Shown piece after piece: positions 52,285 to 62,697 of a DNA stretch of 64,000 nt (its first letter is position 1; every line of letters starts with the position of its first letter). The notes under the pieces are model-generated. The model saw only the letters and a program-made list of their open reading frames with translations, had not been told where the DNA came from and made no database searches. Position numbers and translations under genes: made by a program. Source of the DNA: Alphaproteobacteria bacterium (lineage in GTDB: Bacteria > Pseudomonadota > Alphaproteobacteria > UBA828); the NCBI GenBank assembly GCA_963667785.2, contig CAXXMU010000006.1, positions 64,001-128,000 of the forward strand. Direction: 5' to 3'.

Positions 52285-53199
52285 GTGACCGGACTGGTCC
52301 AGAACGCCATCGACGCGCTCGCGCTGGGCAGCCTGTATGCGCTGACGGCGCTCGGCATCGGGCTGATCTTCGGCGTCATGCGGCTGATCAACTTCGCCCA
52401 TGGCGACCTCATCATGATCGGCGGCTACGCGCTGATCGTCCCCTCCAGCGCGGCGGCGGCGGTGGCCTTCATCGGCGCCTGGCCGGCGCCGCTGCTGGTC
52501 GGCGCCATCGTCCTGATCGTGATGCTGTTCGCGCTGGCCTGCGAGCGCCTGGCCTTCCGCCCGCTCAGGCGCGCCGACCCCTCGGTGCTTCTGATCACCT
52601 CGTTCGCGCTCAGCTTCTTCCTCGAGCACCTGGTGGTGATGATCTACGGCGGCCGGGTGAAGGCGGTGAGCATCTGGCCCGAGCTGCTGGAGGCGCTGCC
52701 GATCAGCGGCATCCGCATCCCCTACCTGCAGATCGTCACCATCGGGGTGACGATCGGGCTGCTGGTGCTGCTGGTGCTCTTCCTCAAGCGCACCGCCATG
52801 GGCATCCAGATGCGGGCGGCGTCGGAGGACTTCTCCACGGCGAGGCTCTTGGGCGTGCGCGCCAACCGGGTCATCGCGGTGGCCTTCGCCATCAGCGGGC
52901 TGCTGGCCGCCGTGGTCTCGCTGCTCTACGTCTCGCAGGTGGGCGCGCTCACCTACAGCATGGGGATCCCGCTGGTGCTGTTCGCCTTCGTCGCCACCGT
53001 GGTGGGCGGCATGGGGAGCCTCACGGGCGCGGTGCTGGGCGGCTTCGTGGTGGGCATCGCGAGCGTGATCCTGCAGGTGGGCCTCCCGGTGGCCATGCGG
53101 CCCGACCGCGACGTCTTCGTCTATGCGCTGATCCTGCTGATCCTGCTTCTCAGGCCGTCGGGGCTGGTGAAGGTGAAGTCGATCGAGGAGAAGGTCTGA
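52285..53199 (+). CDS. LivH-like ABC permease
   Basis: G.GLIFGVMRLINFAHG, VVGGMGS. Confidence 0.9.
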   Translation: MTGLVQNAIDALALGSLYALTALGIGLIFGVMRLINFAHGDLIMIGGYALIVPSSAAAAVAFIGAWPAPLLVGAIVLIVMLFALACERLAFRPLRRADPSVLLITSFALSFFLEHLVVMIYGGRVKAVSIWPELLEALPISGIRIPYLQIVTIGVTIGLLVLLVLFLKRTAMGIQMRAASEDFSTARLLGVRANRVIAVAFAISGLLAAVVSLLYVSQVGALTYSMGIPLVLFAFVATVVGGMGSLTGAVLGGFVVGIASVILQVGLPVAMRPDRDVFVYALILLILLLRPSGLVKVKSIEEKV

Positions 53200-53200
53200 G

Positions 53201-54345
53201 ATGGCCGTGCCCGGCGGCAGCGGCATGGAGCGGCGCGAGATGATCCTGCGCCTGCCCGTGGCGGGGCTGCGCGCCTTCTGGACGCCCATCGTGCTCTCGC
53301 TCGGCGTGCTGGTGATCGTGCTCGCGGTGTGGGCGAGCGGGGATACGGTGCTGGCGCTGGCGGTGACGGCGGCGCTGATCCGCGCGGTGATGGTGATCGG
53401 CCTCTACATCTTCATCGGCAACTCCGGCGTGCTGGCCTTCGGCCATGCCACCTTCATGATGGTGGGCGCCTACGGCGTCGCCTGGCTCACGCTCAGGCCC
53501 TTCAACAAGAGTTTCGCGCTGCAGTTGCCGGAGTTCCTGGCAGCGCACCAGTATCCGCTGCTGCCGTCTGCGATCGCGGCGGCGCTGCTGGCCGCCATCG
53601 TCGCCTTCGTCGTCGGCATCCCGATCATGCGGCTCTCCGGCATCGCTGCGGCCATCGCGACGCTCGCCGTGCTCGGCATGTTCAAGACCTTCTACTCCAA
53701 CTGGAGCGAGTGGACGCTGGGTGCGGCGACCATGCCGGGGATCCCGATCTACGTGGACATGTGGGTGGCGCTCAGCTGGGTGGTGGTGGCGCTCTTCGTC
53801 GCCTACGTCTACCAGCGCTCGCGTTACGGGCTGGCGCTCCGCGCCTCGCGCGAGGACGCGTTCGCCGCGCGTGCGGCCGGCATCAACATCCCGCGCCAGC
53901 GGCTGATCGCCTTCGTGCTGAGCGCCTTCTTCATGGGCATCGGCGGCGTGCTGGAGGCGCACTATCTCGGCACCATCGCGGTCAAGAACTTCTGGCTCAC
54001 CATCACCTTCATCCTGCTGTCGATGCTGATCGTGGGCGGCCAGCGGAGCCTGAGCGGCGCCATCGTGGGCGTGGTGGTGATCTCGACCCTGATCGAGATC
54101 CTGAACACGCTGGAAGCCGGCATGGACGTGGGCATCGCCGTGCTGTCCGTGCCGATCGGCGCGCAGGAGCTCGCCATCGCAGGCATCATGATCATCATCC
54201 TGATCTTCCGGCCGGACGGGATCATGGGCGGGCGCGAGGTGCCCTGGCCCTTCGGCGAGGCCGGACGACTCGTGAGAGACCCGGGCGAGGCAGAGGGCGA
54301 GCACGACCCCCTGCGGCGGGGCATCGCGCAGCGGGACGGCGCGCC

Positions 54346-54349
<4 letters not shown>
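53201..54349 (+). CDS. LivM-like ABC permease
   Basis: G.LAFGH, G..LRASRED..AA...GIN, RPDGI.G. Confidence 0.88.
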
Positions 54350-55150
<801 letters not shown>

Positions 55151-55164
<14 letters not shown>

Positions 55165-55891
55165 GGGACTGCACGTCCGCTACCGCAGGCTGCGCGCCGT
55201 GCGCGGCGTCTCGCTCAGCGTCGGCGAGGGCGAGATCGTCTGCCTGGTCGGCCCCAACGGCGCCGGCAAGTCGAGCACGCTGCGCAGCATCGCCGGCCTG
55301 CATCCCCCGGCCGAGGGCGACATCCGCCTCGGCGGGCGCTCTGTCACCGGGCTCGCGCCGGAGACCATCGCCCGGCTGGGGCTCTCCATGGTGCCCGAGG
55401 GCCGCCACGTCTTCACCCAGCTCACGGTGGAGGAGAACATCCTGCTCGGCAGCCAGATGCGGCGCGACCGCAAGCAGGTCAAGGCCGACTTCGAGCGCAT
55501 GCTGGAGAGCTTCCCCTTCCTGCGGGACCGCCTCGCCACGCCGGGCGGTAAGCTCTCCGGCGGCGAGCAGCAGCAGCTCGTCATCGCCCGTGCCCTGATG
55601 ACCCGGCCCCGCCTCATCCTGCTCGACGAGCCCTCGCTCGGCCTTGCACCCATGGTGGTGGATACCGTCTACGAGATCCTCAAGGGGCTCCGCGACGAGG
55701 GCATCACGCTGCTGGTGGTCGAGCAGAGCACGCACCGCGCGCTCGAGAACGGCGATCGCATCTACATCATCCGCTCCGGCCAGATCGAACTCGAAGGCCA
55801 GTGCAGCGACCTCACCGACGAACGCGTCGAGCAGGCCTACTTCGGCTTCGACCAGGCGGGCGCCGACGCCGACGACCGGACCCGGTTCTGA
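55151..55891 (+). CDS. LivF-like ABC ATPase
   Basis: GPNGAGKSS, VPEGR, LSGGEQQ, LDEPSLGLAP. Confidence 0.92.
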
Positions 55892-55910
55892 GCGCCCTCC
55901 GGAGCCGGTG

Positions 55911-57143
55911 ATGGATCGCGCGGCGTGCGAGAGGCTGGACCGGGAGTGCCCGCTGGCGCACTGCCGGGAGCGCTTCACCCTGCCGGAGGGGGTTCTCTAC
56001 TTCGACGGCAACTCCCTCGGGGCGCTGCCGAAGGCCACGGCCGCCGACATCGAGCGCCTGATCCGGACGGAATGGGGCCAGGGGCTCGTCGAGAGCTGGC
56101 TCGATGCCGACTGGTTCTTCCTCGCGCGCAGCACGGGCGACGCCATCGCGCCGCTGATCGGCGCATCCGCGGGCGAGGTGATCGTCGCGGACTCCACCTC
56201 CGTCAACATGTTCAAGCTGGCGGCCTCACTGCTGCGCCGCAGCGAGGGGCGGCGCAGGGTCGTCGCCGAGCGCGGCAACTTCCCGACCGTCACCTACATC
56301 CTGGAGGGGCTGGTCGGGCTCTTCGGCGAGCGCTTCGACCTCGCACTCGCGGATACCGCGCAGATTCCCGGCGCAATCGACGAGCGGACCGCGCTCACAG
56401 CCCTCACCCACGTCAACTTTCGCACCGGCGCCATGCACGACATGGCCGGGATCACGGCGCACTGCCGCCAGCGCGGCGTGCCCGTGATCTGGGACCTCAG
56501 CCACTCCGCCGGCGCGGTCCCGCTCGCGCTCAACCGCTGGGGCGTGGAATACGCCGTCGGCTGCACCTACAAGTTCCTGAATGGCGGGCCCGGCGCGCCG
56601 GCCTACGTCTACATGGCCGAGAGCGCCATCGCGGCGCACGAGCCGGCCGTCACCGGCTGGTTCGCGCACGCCGATCAGTTCGGCTTCGAGGACCGCTTCC
56701 GGCCGGCGGAGACCATCGACAAGTGCCTCGTCGGCACCCCGCCGGTCCTCTCGCTCCGCGCCGTTCGGCACGGCATCGCCTGCTTCGACGGCGTGACCAT
56801 GGAGGGTATCGCCGAGAAACTGCGGCGACTGTCGGACCTGCTGATCCGGCTCGTGGACGAGAGGCTCGCGAACTGCGGCTTCGTCCTCGCGACCCCGCGG
56901 GAGCCGACGAAGCGCGGCAGCCAAGTCTCGTTCAGGCATCCGCACGCCTACGCCGTCTCCAAGGCCCTTCGTGCCGAGGAGGTCGTGGTCGATTTCCGCA
57001 GCCCCGACATTCTCAGGTTCGGCATTGCGCCCCTCTACATCCGCCACGTCGACGTGTGGGACGCGGCGGACGCGCTGGCGCGGATCATGGCGGGCGAACG
57101 CTGGAAGGCGCACGTGACAGACACGCCCGGTCCGGTCACATAG
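55911..57143 (+). CDS. kynU: kynureninase-like PLP enzyme
   Basis: YFDGNSLG, DSTSVN, WDLSHSAG, GCTYKFLNGGPG, RGSQVS, RFG.APLY. Confidence 0.85.
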   Translation: MDRAACERLDRECPLAHCRERFTLPEGVLYFDGNSLGALPKATAADIERLIRTEWGQGLVESWLDADWFFLARSTGDAIAPLIGASAGEVIVADSTSVNMFKLAASLLRRSEGRRRVVAERGNFPTVTYILEGLVGLFGERFDLALADTAQIPGAIDERTALTALTHVNFRTGAMHDMAGITAHCRQRGVPVIWDLSHSAGAVPLALNRWGVEYAVGCTYKFLNGGPGAPAYVYMAESAIAAHEPAVTGWFAHADQFGFEDRFRPAETIDKCLVGTPPVLSLRAVRHGIACFDGVTMEGIAEKLRRLSDLLIRLVDERLANCGFVLATPREPTKRGSQVSFRHPHAYAVSKALRAEEVVVDFRSPDILRFGIAPLYIRHVDVWDAADALARIMAGERWKAHVTDTPGPVT

Positions 57144-57179
57144 GACGAGCAGCGCACGAGGCAGGCAGGGGAGAACGGG

Positions 57180-57965
57180 GTGGCCCATCACGACCGCTAC
57201 AGCGAGACGGGCTCGGGGCCGGCGGTGGTCTTCAGCCACGGGACCCTCATGGACGCGACGATGTTCGCCCCCCAGCTCGACCACCTGGCGGAGCGGGGCT
57301 ACCGGGCGCTCGCCTACAACAGCCGGGTGCTCACGGGCGCGCCGGCGCCGCACACGCTCGGCGATCTGGTCGAGGACTGCCGCGCGCTGCTCGACGACCT
57401 CGGCATCGGCAGGTGCGTTCTCGCCGGCATGTCGGTGGGCGGCTTCATGGCCCTCGAATTCGCGCTCGCCTACCCCGAGCGGCTGCAGGGGCTGATTCTC
57501 ATCGCCGCCACCTCGCAAGCGTACACGGCCGAGGAGCGCGCCGCCTACCATGGACGGTTCGACGAGCTCGACGTGGACGGCATGGTGCCGAGGGACTTCG
57601 CTGAATGGGTGGCGCCCTTCTGCTTCGGCGAGACGACGCTGGCACGGAACCGGCCGCTGGTGAACCGCTGGATCGAGCGCTGGGCGACGACGGTGCCGGC
57701 GCGCGCGGTTCTCTTCCAGGGCCGGTCGTGGATCGACAAGGAGGACATCACCGCCAGGCTCGCGAGCGTGGACGTGCCCGCGCTCGTGGTCCACGGCGAG
57801 GAGGACGTGCCGCTCCCCATCGCCCGCGCGCTGCCGATGGCGGACGCGCTGCCCGACGCGACGCTCGAGCGCGTGGCGCAGGCCGGCCACTCGGTCAATC
57901 TGGAGGCGCCTCAGGCCGTCAACGCGGCGATTGCGGCCTTTCTCGGCCGCCTCGATCTGTCATAA
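57180..57965 (+). CDS. alpha/beta-fold hydrolase
   Basis: HG, GMSVGG nucleophile elbow, GEED, GH. Confidence 0.85.
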   Translation: MAHHDRYSETGSGPAVVFSHGTLMDATMFAPQLDHLAERGYRALAYNSRVLTGAPAPHTLGDLVEDCRALLDDLGIGRCVLAGMSVGGFMALEFALAYPERLQGLILIAATSQAYTAEERAAYHGRFDELDVDGMVPRDFAEWVAPFCFGETTLARNRPLVNRWIERWATTVPARAVLFQGRSWIDKEDITARLASVDVPALVVHGEEDVPLPIARALPMADALPDATLERVAQAGHSVNLEAPQAVNAAIAAFLGRLDLS

Positions 57966-58016
57966 GGCGACCGAAGCGAACCCGCTCACCACCCAGCGAC
58001 GAAAGGAACCCAGGCC

Positions 58017-58601
58017 ATGTCGAACTCCGCCCTCCTCGTGCTGCACTTCCAGAACGGCGTCGCCCACCCCGACGGCGTGTGGGGGAAATACCTCTTTTCC
58101 CAGGTCGAGAAGAACGGATCGGTCGGCAATGCGCGGCGCGCGCTGGAGGCCGCCCGCAGCCGCGGCATGCTGGTGATCTACGTGAACATCGCCTGGCGGC
58201 CCGGCTTCCCGGAGCTGCCCGACGACACCTGCGGGCTGCTCAAGGAGGCGAAGGACAACAACGAGTGCCTCGTCGGCTCCTGGGGCGCCGACGTGATCGA
58301 CGAGCTCAAGCCGGAGGGGAACGAGATCGTCGTCATCAACTTCGGCTCGGACAGCTTCGAGGGAACCGACCTCGACCTGATCCTGAGGAACCGGGGGATC
58401 GGAAAGCTCTACGTCGTCGGCCAGTGCATCGAGCATGTGGTAGCGACGACGGTCAAGCGCGCCGTCAACATGGGCTACTCCGCCGCGATCCTGAAGGACT
58501 GCACCAGCGGCTTCACCGACCAGAACTACGACGCCATGGTCGAGATCATGCCGCTCTACGCCGACCTGATCACGGCGGACGACTTCGTCGCCAGCAACTG
58601 A
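58017..58601 (+). CDS. isochorismatase-like (cysteine hydrolase fold) protein
   Basis: ALLVLHFQN, GSWGA.VI.EL.P, SF.GTDLD.ILR, DCTS; catalytic residues atypical. Confidence 0.8.
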   Translation: MSNSALLVLHFQNGVAHPDGVWGKYLFSQVEKNGSVGNARRALEAARSRGMLVIYVNIAWRPGFPELPDDTCGLLKEAKDNNECLVGSWGADVIDELKPEGNEIVVINFGSDSFEGTDLDLILRNRGIGKLYVVGQCIEHVVATTVKRAVNMGYSAAILKDCTSGFTDQNYDAMVEIMPLYADLITADDFVASN

Positions 58602-58624
58602 CGCGCTGGCCCGGCAAGTCTTCT

Positions 58625-58775
58625 CGTCATGCCCGGACTCGTTCCGGGCATCTCTATCGGCCTAGTGCGGCTGCGAGACGTGGATGGCCGGGACACCCCC
58701 GGACTTGTTCCGGGGGCCGGCCATGACGTGCAGGGGGCACCTCGTCAACGCTGCCAATCTTCTCGATCGGGACAC
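58625..58775. repeat. CGTC REPIN copy H (58625-58728) plus right arm ending at a CTAG stop
   Basis: Doublet with an extra internal hairpin; TCTCGATCGGGACACTAG end. Confidence 0.85.
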
Positions 58776-59977
58776 TAGCCGGTCTCCGGCTCCTGCCGAT
58801 GCAGCACGCGGTCCTCGGCGAGCCGGGTGATGTCGGCGGCGGCGTAGCCGAGCTCTCCGAGAATCGCCGCGTTGTCGGCGCCGAGCCAGGGCGCGATGGA
58901 GCGGATCGCGGCCGGAGTCGCGGTGAAACGGGCCGCCGGCCTCGGCTGGCGCACCGGGCCGAGAGCGGGATCGTCGCGGACCTCGATGATCCCGTTCTCA
59001 ACCACCTGGGCGTCCGCGATCACGTCTGAGCGCCTCAGCACCGGCGCGGCGGGCACGACCTCGCGGTCGAGACGCGCGAGGATGTCCGCCGTCGGCCACC
59101 TGGCGATCTCCCGGTTCATGATGGTCCGGCGCTCGGCCCGGTTGCGGCCGCGCGCCGCCGCGGTCCTGAAGCGCGGGTCCTCGGTCAGCTCCTCGCGGCC
59201 GAACGCGCGGCACATCCCGGCCCATTCCGCGTCCGTGACGGCGGCTGCGGTGATGTAACCGTCGGCGGTGCGGAAGATCAGGTCGGGCCCCGCCTGCTCC
59301 TGCGCCGGGTCCTGCTCGTTCTCGAGAAAGGTGAGCGGCGCGCTCGCCTCCGGCCAGAGATAGGCGACCATGGTGTCGAGCATGGCGAGGCGGACGTGCT
59401 GGCCCTTGCCGGTGCGCTCGCGCGCGAACAGCGCCGCCGTGATCGCCTGCGCCGCGGTCAGGGACGTCGTCTTGTCGGGAACGATGGTGCGCACCATGCG
59501 CGGGCGGCCGGTCTCGTTGTCGGCCTGGATATCGCAGAGCCCGCAGAGCGCCTGGATGACCGAATCGTAGACCCGCTGGTGCGCGTAGGGCCCTGACTCG
59601 CCGAAGCCGCTGATCGAGACGAAGACGATATCGGGCCTGAGTTCGCGAACCACGTCCTCGCCGAGCCCCATGCGCTCGATCGCGCCGGGCCGGAAGTTCT
59701 GCACCAGCACGTCGGCGGTCGCCGCGAGCCTGCGCACGATGGCGAGCCCGTCTGCGGTCTTGAGGTCGACGCAGAGCGAGCGTTTCGAGCGGTTGCAGGA
59801 GAGGAAGGCGGCGGACATGCCGCGGTGGACGACACCGTACTGCCGCATGATGTCGCCCGCTGGCGATTCGATCTTGATCACGTCGGCGCCCTGGTCGGCG
59901 AGCATCATGGTCGCCACCGGGCCCGAGACCATGGTCGTCAGGTCGAGAACGCGGACGCCGTCGAGAGGGCCGGGCAT
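58775..59977 (-). CDS. CaiB/BaiF family III CoA transferase
   Basis: GVRVLDL, GADVIKIE, NRSKRS, QNFRPG, SGFG..GP, YD. Confidence 0.92.
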   Translation of the reverse strand: MPGPLDGVRVLDLTTMVSGPVATMMLADQGADVIKIESPAGDIMRQYGVVHRGMSAAFLSCNRSKRSLCVDLKTADGLAIVRRLAATADVLVQNFRPGAIERMGLGEDVVRELRPDIVFVSISGFGESGPYAHQRVYDSVIQALCGLCDIQADNETGRPRMVRTIVPDKTTSLTAAQAITAALFARERTGKGQHVRLAMLDTMVAYLWPEASAPLTFLENEQDPAQEQAGPDLIFRTADGYITAAAVTDAEWAGMCRAFGREELTEDPRFRTAAARGRNRAERRTIMNREIARWPTADILARLDREVVPAAPVLRRSDVIADAQVVENGIIEVRDDPALGPVRQPRPAARFTATPAAIRSIAPWLGADNAAILGELGYAAADITRLAEDRVLHRQEPETG

Positions 59978-59980
59978 GGC

Positions 59981-60637
59981 TCAGACCTCCGGCACGCCGC
60001 GCCCGCCGTAGTTGCGCGGATAGGTCTTTGCGTAAGCCGGGCGCGCCCGCATGCGGACGCGGTAATCGCGCAGCCAGTCCGGCAGGGCGAGCTCGTAGTG
60101 CTGGGCGGCGTCCAGGCAGGACATGAAGAGAATGTCGGCGACGCTGATCCTCTCCCCCATCAGGAAGGGGCCGGCGCCGGCGATCCGCTCCTGCATGCGC
60201 TCGAGCTGGTGGTCGAAGTAGCCGATGGCCGCGCTGACGGCGATCGGCGAGGCGCCGTATATCTCGACCAGGTCCCCGTGGCGCCGGATGCTGTAGATCG
60301 CGTTGGCGTCGAGTTCGCTCATGATGAAGAAGGACCATTCGAGCAGCCGCGCCCGCCCGAGCGCATCGCGGGGCACGCAGACGTGATCCGGCACCGGAAA
60401 GGTCTCGGTCATGTAGGTCATGATCGCGGCGCTCTCGGTCAGGCGGATATCGCCGTGGACCATCGCAGGCACCTTGTGCCGCGGGTTGATGGCGAGGAAT
60501 TCGTCGGTCCAGGTCTCGCCGGTGCGCGGGCCGATCGGGCGGTGCTCGTAGTCGAGGCCCAGTTCCTCCGCGAGCCAGAGCGTGCGGTGGGTCCGCATGG
60601 TGCCGGCGCCCCAGAGGACGAGTTCTTGGGTCGTCAT
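59981..60637 (-). CDS. glutathione S-transferase family protein
   Basis: INP..KVP, ESAAI, F.MGE..SVADI. Confidence 0.88.
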   Translation of the reverse strand: MTTQELVLWGAGTMRTHRTLWLAEELGLDYEHRPIGPRTGETWTDEFLAINPRHKVPAMVHGDIRLTESAAIMTYMTETFPVPDHVCVPRDALGRARLLEWSFFIMSELDANAIYSIRRHGDLVEIYGASPIAVSAAIGYFDHQLERMQERIAGAGPFLMGERISVADILFMSCLDAAQHYELALPDWLRDYRVRMRARPAYAKTYPRNYGGRGVPEV

Positions 60638-60695
60638 GTCATGCTCCTCAGAGTGTCCAAGCCACGGCCCCGACGCTCCGAGCGGCCGGGCCGGT

Positions 60696-61676
60696 TCAGA
60701 CGCTCTCGATGCTCGCCTCGGCGATCAGCCGGTTGATCGCGCGGCGTTCGTCCTGCGCCTCGTCCACCGAGACGGCGCGGAAGCGGTAGACGTCCCCCGG
60801 CTTGGACTGGGCGAGCTTCCAGAACGCAGCCGACGGCACCGTGTAGGGGTTGATGAAGCCGCCGGTGGAGGGGCCGTCGTTGACCAGGATGATCGGCGTC
60901 TGCCCGCAGAGGTTGACGGCGCCGACGGGATAGCCGTGGTCGAGGATGTTGGACGGGTCCTCGCCGTGCTCGGGCCGCTTGTCGGTCGCCTTCCCGGCGA
61001 AGCTCCAGGCCGGGCCGTCGAGGCGGAAGCCGGTGCGGTTGCTGCGCGACTGCACGGTCCAGTCGCTCTCCAGGAACCGCCGCTTGCCGGCCTCGTCGAT
61101 CCAGTCGTCGTTGGGGCCGGGCACCGCCTCCATCCGCCACACCCGCTCGCCCGTGAGCGGCGGCCGGCACGCCTCCCGCACCCGCCGGCCGGGCGCGCCC
61201 GCCTGCGCGCCGTCGCCGAGCGGCAGGTTCTGGCCGGCCTTGAGCGCATGGCCGTCGAGCCCGCCGATGCCCGCCTGGTGGAAGGTCGCGCGCGAGCCCA
61301 GCACAGGCGCCGTGTCGATGCCGCCGGCGACGGCGAGATAGGCGCGGGCGCCGGTGCGCGCGAAGCCCAGCCCGAGCGCCTGGCCGGCGCGGACCGAAAA
61401 ACTCTCCCACATGGGTGCCGGCGCGTTGTCGAGGGTGGGCTGCATGTCGGCGCCGGTGACGGCGACCACGGCGTCCCGCTCGAAACGCAGCACGGGCCCG
61501 GTGAACTGGCACTCCAGGCCGGCGGCGTCCGCCGGGTTGCCCACCAGCAGATTGGCGAGGCGGAAGGACCAGTCGTCCATGGGCCCTGAGAAGGGGAAGC
61601 CCTGCTCCCAGTAGCCGATGCGGCCCGGCCAGTCCTGCACCGTGGTCTCGAGCCCGGGCTTGACGACGTGCAGCAT
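60696..61676 (-). CDS. PxpC/KipA-like (allophanate hydrolase subunit 2) carboxyltransferase-domain protein
   Basis: TTVQD, SGPMD, ANLLVGN, LGSRAT, SNRTGFR, DGPSTGG. Confidence 0.85.
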   Translation of the reverse strand: MLHVVKPGLETTVQDWPGRIGYWEQGFPFSGPMDDWSFRLANLLVGNPADAAGLECQFTGPVLRFERDAVVAVTGADMQPTLDNAPAPMWESFSVRAGQALGLGFARTGARAYLAVAGGIDTAPVLGSRATFHQAGIGGLDGHALKAGQNLPLGDGAQAGAPGRRVREACRPPLTGERVWRMEAVPGPNDDWIDEAGKRRFLESDWTVQSRSNRTGFRLDGPAWSFAGKATDKRPEHGEDPSNILDHGYPVGAVNLCGQTPIILVNDGPSTGGFINPYTVPSAAFWKLAQSKPGDVYRFRAVSVDEAQDERRAINRLIAEASIESV

Positions 61677-61678
61677 GG

Positions 61679-62548
61679 TCAGAACCGCACCGTCTCGTCG
61701 ATCCCGGCGAGCCAGGCGTGGTAGTTGCGGATCGAGAAGCGCTGGTACTCGGCCACGTTGTGGAGGTAGGTGCCGGCGTCTACCTGGGCGGCGACGTGGT
61801 CGTACTCGTCCGCGCTCGCCGGGATGAAGCGCACGCGGTCGCCCGGCCGGAAGAGCGCGAGGCTCTCTGCGAAGGCGGCTAGCCGCTGCGCCGGGTCCCA
61901 GATCGGCACCGGGGTGCGCGCGATCATCTGGTAGCCGCCCGGCGTCCGGTCGGGATAGATCGAGCAGAGCGAGCCGCCGATGCCGATGGTGCCCTTGTAG
62001 GTCCAGGTGCGCGGCGGGTCGTACTTGGGCGCGGTGAGCCGGCAGCGCGGATCGAGCGGCATCAGCGAGACGAGGCCGGGGTAGAAACCCAGTGCGGCCA
62101 CCCAGTAGTCGGTGCCGGAATGGACCCGGGCGAGCTGGGCCAGGTCGGAAAGCCCGTTGAGGCGGGCCACCAGCTCCGGGTCGCGCTCCTTCTCCGCGAT
62201 CTTCGCGCAGTAGTCGTCGTAGCACTCGCGCGTCCAGGGGTCGAAGTAGCGGATCGGCAGGTAGAAGATGCGGCTGTCGAGCTCCAGCCCGTCGAGGGGG
62301 CCGACGGCGTGGAAGAGCGCGGTCACCTCCGCCACCACGTCGGCGTAGGCGATGCGCTCGAAGTCGTAGCTGATCATAATCGAGGTGAGCTCGGGCACGA
62401 TCTCGACGATGCCGTCTGGGCCCTGCTCGCGGATCAGCCGGGAGACGCTGTGCACGCGGAAGTTGAGATCGAAGCTCATCTCGTCGCCGAGCTCCATCTC
62501 GATGAAGCGGTCGCCGCCGGGGCGGAACAGGGGCTCCGCGAAGATCAC
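61679..62548 (-). CDS. PxpB/KipI-like (allophanate hydrolase subunit 1) carboxyltransferase-domain protein
   Basis: GDR...E.G, GF.PG, PRTWT..G.IGIGG, IYP..TPGGYQ, PGDRVRF. Confidence 0.83.
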   Translation of the reverse strand: MIFAEPLFRPGGDRFIEMELGDEMSFDLNFRVHSVSRLIREQGPDGIVEIVPELTSIMISYDFERIAYADVVAEVTALFHAVGPLDGLELDSRIFYLPIRYFDPWTRECYDDYCAKIAEKERDPELVARLNGLSDLAQLARVHSGTDYWVAALGFYPGLVSLMPLDPRCRLTAPKYDPPRTWTYKGTIGIGGSLCSIYPDRTPGGYQMIARTPVPIWDPAQRLAAFAESLALFRPGDRVRFIPASADEYDHVAAQVDAGTYLHNVAEYQRFSIRNYHAWLAGIDETVRF

Positions 62549-62697
62549 GGGGCCACGCCCTGCCCGGCCCCGCGGCGCAGGCCCCGCCGCCGCCCTCGCC
62601 TTGCCTGCCGCGCGGCCGATGACGCATACTCGCCGGCCGTGAGCCGGCACAGGCGGGGGAACATCGTCGCGCGGCACCCCGTATGCAATTCAGGGAG

